Below are positions 61,559-64,000 of a DNA stretch of 64,000 bases, one piece after another (positions within the stretch are counted from its first letter, which is position 1; each line of letters begins with the position of its first letter). Made by a program: the position numbers and the translations under genes. The stretch is from assembly GCF_006345805.1 (NCBI RefSeq), contig NC_043026.1:3534001-3598000 (forward strand), given 5' to 3'. The DNA is from Octopus sinensis. Taxonomy: Eukaryota. Under the pieces are notes generated by a model that had not been told where the DNA came from, made no database searches, and saw nothing but the letters and a program-made list of their open reading frames with translations.

Positions 61559-63851
61559 GATAAAACGGTAAAGATAACAAAAGAAAGAAGAGACCTCAAT
61601 ATTATGTAAATAGAGGAAATTATCTATACAATATGTTACATTACTCGGTAGTCAAGATAAACTCTGAGTTTCAGATGCCGAAGTGGAAATCCACAACACC
61701 ATCTCTTCGGTTATCTGGCTATTTGAAAACGTTATGAAAAAATCCGTTAAAAATGAAGGGAAATTACTCTGTTATAACTCTGCTTTGCCTGCGTACTTAT
61801 ACATCGCTCGCATTTTTCGTCATAAAAATTATATAAAATACATAAAAAATATAAAAATATATAAAATCTTCTTGGGACATAACACAGAAAGCATGTTCTA
61901 TCCGTTTTCTTTAGAGGACCAAAAACGTAACAGAAATTTAGTCACATGTGGGCATGATCCGAAAAAGCTCTGTCCTTGTATTTAGACATGGTGGTAGGGT
62001 CTAAGCTGCTTTTCCAGAAAGCCATCTCTCCATGTCGCATAAACCGCACCTTCCGCTGCCGTTAGTATAGGGCTTACATCTGGCCAAAAACTTCCATTGT
62101 ATGTTATAATCGACACCTTTATCTCTTAAAGACCAAATATGATTGGATAATTGTGTCGCTTTTCTTTTGTTCCAGTGCCTAAAGCTCAAAGTGTGGTTAT
62201 TGAACCTGGCCTTGAAATTACCCTCTGTCAGGCCCACGTATTTCTTCGTCGAAACGGTGGGTCTTTAGTGGTTATAGAGTTTACGGTAGCTTCATATATG
62301 ATGGTCTTGGACAGCAAGCTCCATTTAGCGGGCACAATTCTTTATTCCTGCATGAACAGCTGTTTTCTTCTTGTGTTTTTTGTATGTTATGATTGATTAT
62401 GTTTTTAAAATTGGTAGTTGAACTAAAACTAATTTTTAAATGTGTCTATTGAAGAGTTTCCTATAAGCATGGTTAACTGGAAAATGTCTATCTATCAGTG
62501 CTAGGAAATATTTACCTATATTGAAGGCCACCTCGGGTGAGTAAGGGGCGTAAACCAGATGACCTTCCTATTTCTATTATTCCTTTACCTTATTGTTGGG
62601 CTGGTGATAGGTGTATATTTTATTTTTTCGCTAAAACCACTATCTTTTAAAGCTTTATTTAAACTGGGGAACGCTATTGAAGATGTCCTCATTAGATGAG
62701 AGACTAGAAATCCTCTTACTAATATTTTTAACTAAATTTTTGAATACTATAGGGGGATGGCATGAACCTACATAAAATAACTTAGTCTATCATTGGCTTC
62801 CTATAAGGCTTATAAATATTATTATTAGATCTAAGGAAACGTCTAAGAATTGACCAACCGTCAGGTTAGTGTCTATAGTTTATACTAAGTCCGAAGTGTT
62901 TCATTAACTGGATAATATCCTTCCTAAAACGATCTTGTGCTGGTCCATTTGTATTAGCTGTTATATATAGGTAAATATTTCCTAGCACTGATAGATAGAC
63001 ATTTTCCAGTTAACCCTGCTTATAGGAAACTCTTCAATAGACACAATTTAAAAATTAGTTTTAGTTCAACTACCAATTTTAAAAACATAATCAATCATAA
63101 CATACAAAAAACACAAGAAGAAACAGCTGTTCATGCAGAATAAAGAATTGTCCCGCTAAATGGAGCTTGCATGTCCAAGACCATCATATATGAAGCTACC
63201 GTAAACTCTATAACCACTAAAGACACCGTTTCGACGAGAAATACGTGGGCCTGACAGAGGTAATTTCAAGGCCAGGTTCAATAACCACACTTTGAGCTTT
63301 AGGCACTGGAACAAAAGAAAAGCGACACAATTATCCAATCATATTTGGTCTTAAGAGATAAAGGTGTCGATTATAACATACAATGGAAGTTTTTGGCCAG
63401 ATGTAAGCCCTATACTAACGGCAGCGGAAGGTGCGGTTTATGCGACATGGAGAGATGGCTTATCTGGAAAAGCGCTTAGACCCTACACATGTCTAAATAC
63501 AAGGACAGAGCTTTTCGGATCATGCCACATGTGACTAAATTTCTGTTACGTTTTTGGTCCCCTAAAGAAAACGGATAGAACATGCTTTCTGTGTTATGTC
63601 CCAAGAGATTTTATATATTTTTATATATTTTTATGTATTTTTATATAATTTTTATGACGAAAAATGCGAGCGATGTATAAGTACGCAGGCAAAGCAGAGT
63701 TATAACAGAGTAATTTCCCTTCATTTTTAACGGTATTTTTCATAACGTTTTCAAATAGCCAGATAACCGAAGAGATGGTGTTGTGGATTTCCACTTCGGC
63801 ATCTGAAACTCAGAGTTTTATCTTGACTACCGAGTAATGTAACATATGTAT

Positions 63852-63856
<5 letters not shown>
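61551..63856 (-). mobile_element. 5'-truncated Penelope-like retroelement (RT thumb, Cys linker, GIY-YIG) with an inverted copy of its 3' ~900 bp
   Basis: Minus strand ~62965 to 62000, frameshifted: FLDVSLDL...YKPYRKP...HPP...RISSLSSN...RKVIWF...IGKYFLALIDRHFP...CSCRNKELCPLNGAC...IIY...YVGLTEGNFKARFNNH...CGLC. Arms 61621-62521 and 62966-63856 are reverse complements. Flanked by (TA)n. Confidence 0.92.
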
Positions 63857-63905
<49 letters not shown>

Positions 63906-64000
63906 ATATGTTTGTGTGTCTGTGTTTGTCCCCCCAAACAACATACATTACATACATACATATACATGTATGATGTATGTATGTATGTATGTATGTATGT

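Noticed and set aside
62290-62360. Selenocysteine recoding in the PLE Cys linker, as I recall is described for some Naiad elements
   Set aside because: All four linker cysteines are TGT/TGC, with no in-frame TGA at those positions.

Overview
AT-rich, repeat-saturated animal genomic DNA. The SINE families, (TA)n density and Penelope-derived repeats suggest Octopus or another coleoid cephalopod (inference). The only recognisable host genes are two minus-strand M14A (carboxypeptidase A/B-type) zinc metallocarboxypeptidase paralogues. Gene 1 spans at least 9203-44397. I traced nine exons with GT-AG boundaries and matching phases, and all catalytic residues are intact (H69/E72/H196, R127, N144/R145, Y248, E270). 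One exon is present twice, and the signal-peptide exon and one pro-domain exon were not found. Gene 2 contributes only its last exon (61033-61220), which has Lys at the catalytic Glu270 position, so it is a candidate pseudo-enzyme. The rest of the window is tRNA-derived SINEs, LINE fragments (RTE, CR1, R4-like), DNA-transposon derivatives (mariner, DD41D, hAT, piggyBac, Helitron), Penelope-like elements (PLEs) and TE-derived tandem arrays. There are also two large near-identical duplications that may be assembly artefacts, and a 100-N gap at 58501-58600. The most striking non-coding observations are several hammerhead-ribozyme (HHR) folds in PLE-derived elements, a tRNA-headed SINE-like element carrying an HHR, and a ~50-copy 46-bp minisatellite whose unit begins at that HHR's predicted cleavage site. 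All alignments and folds were done by eye; boundaries of repeat features are approximate.
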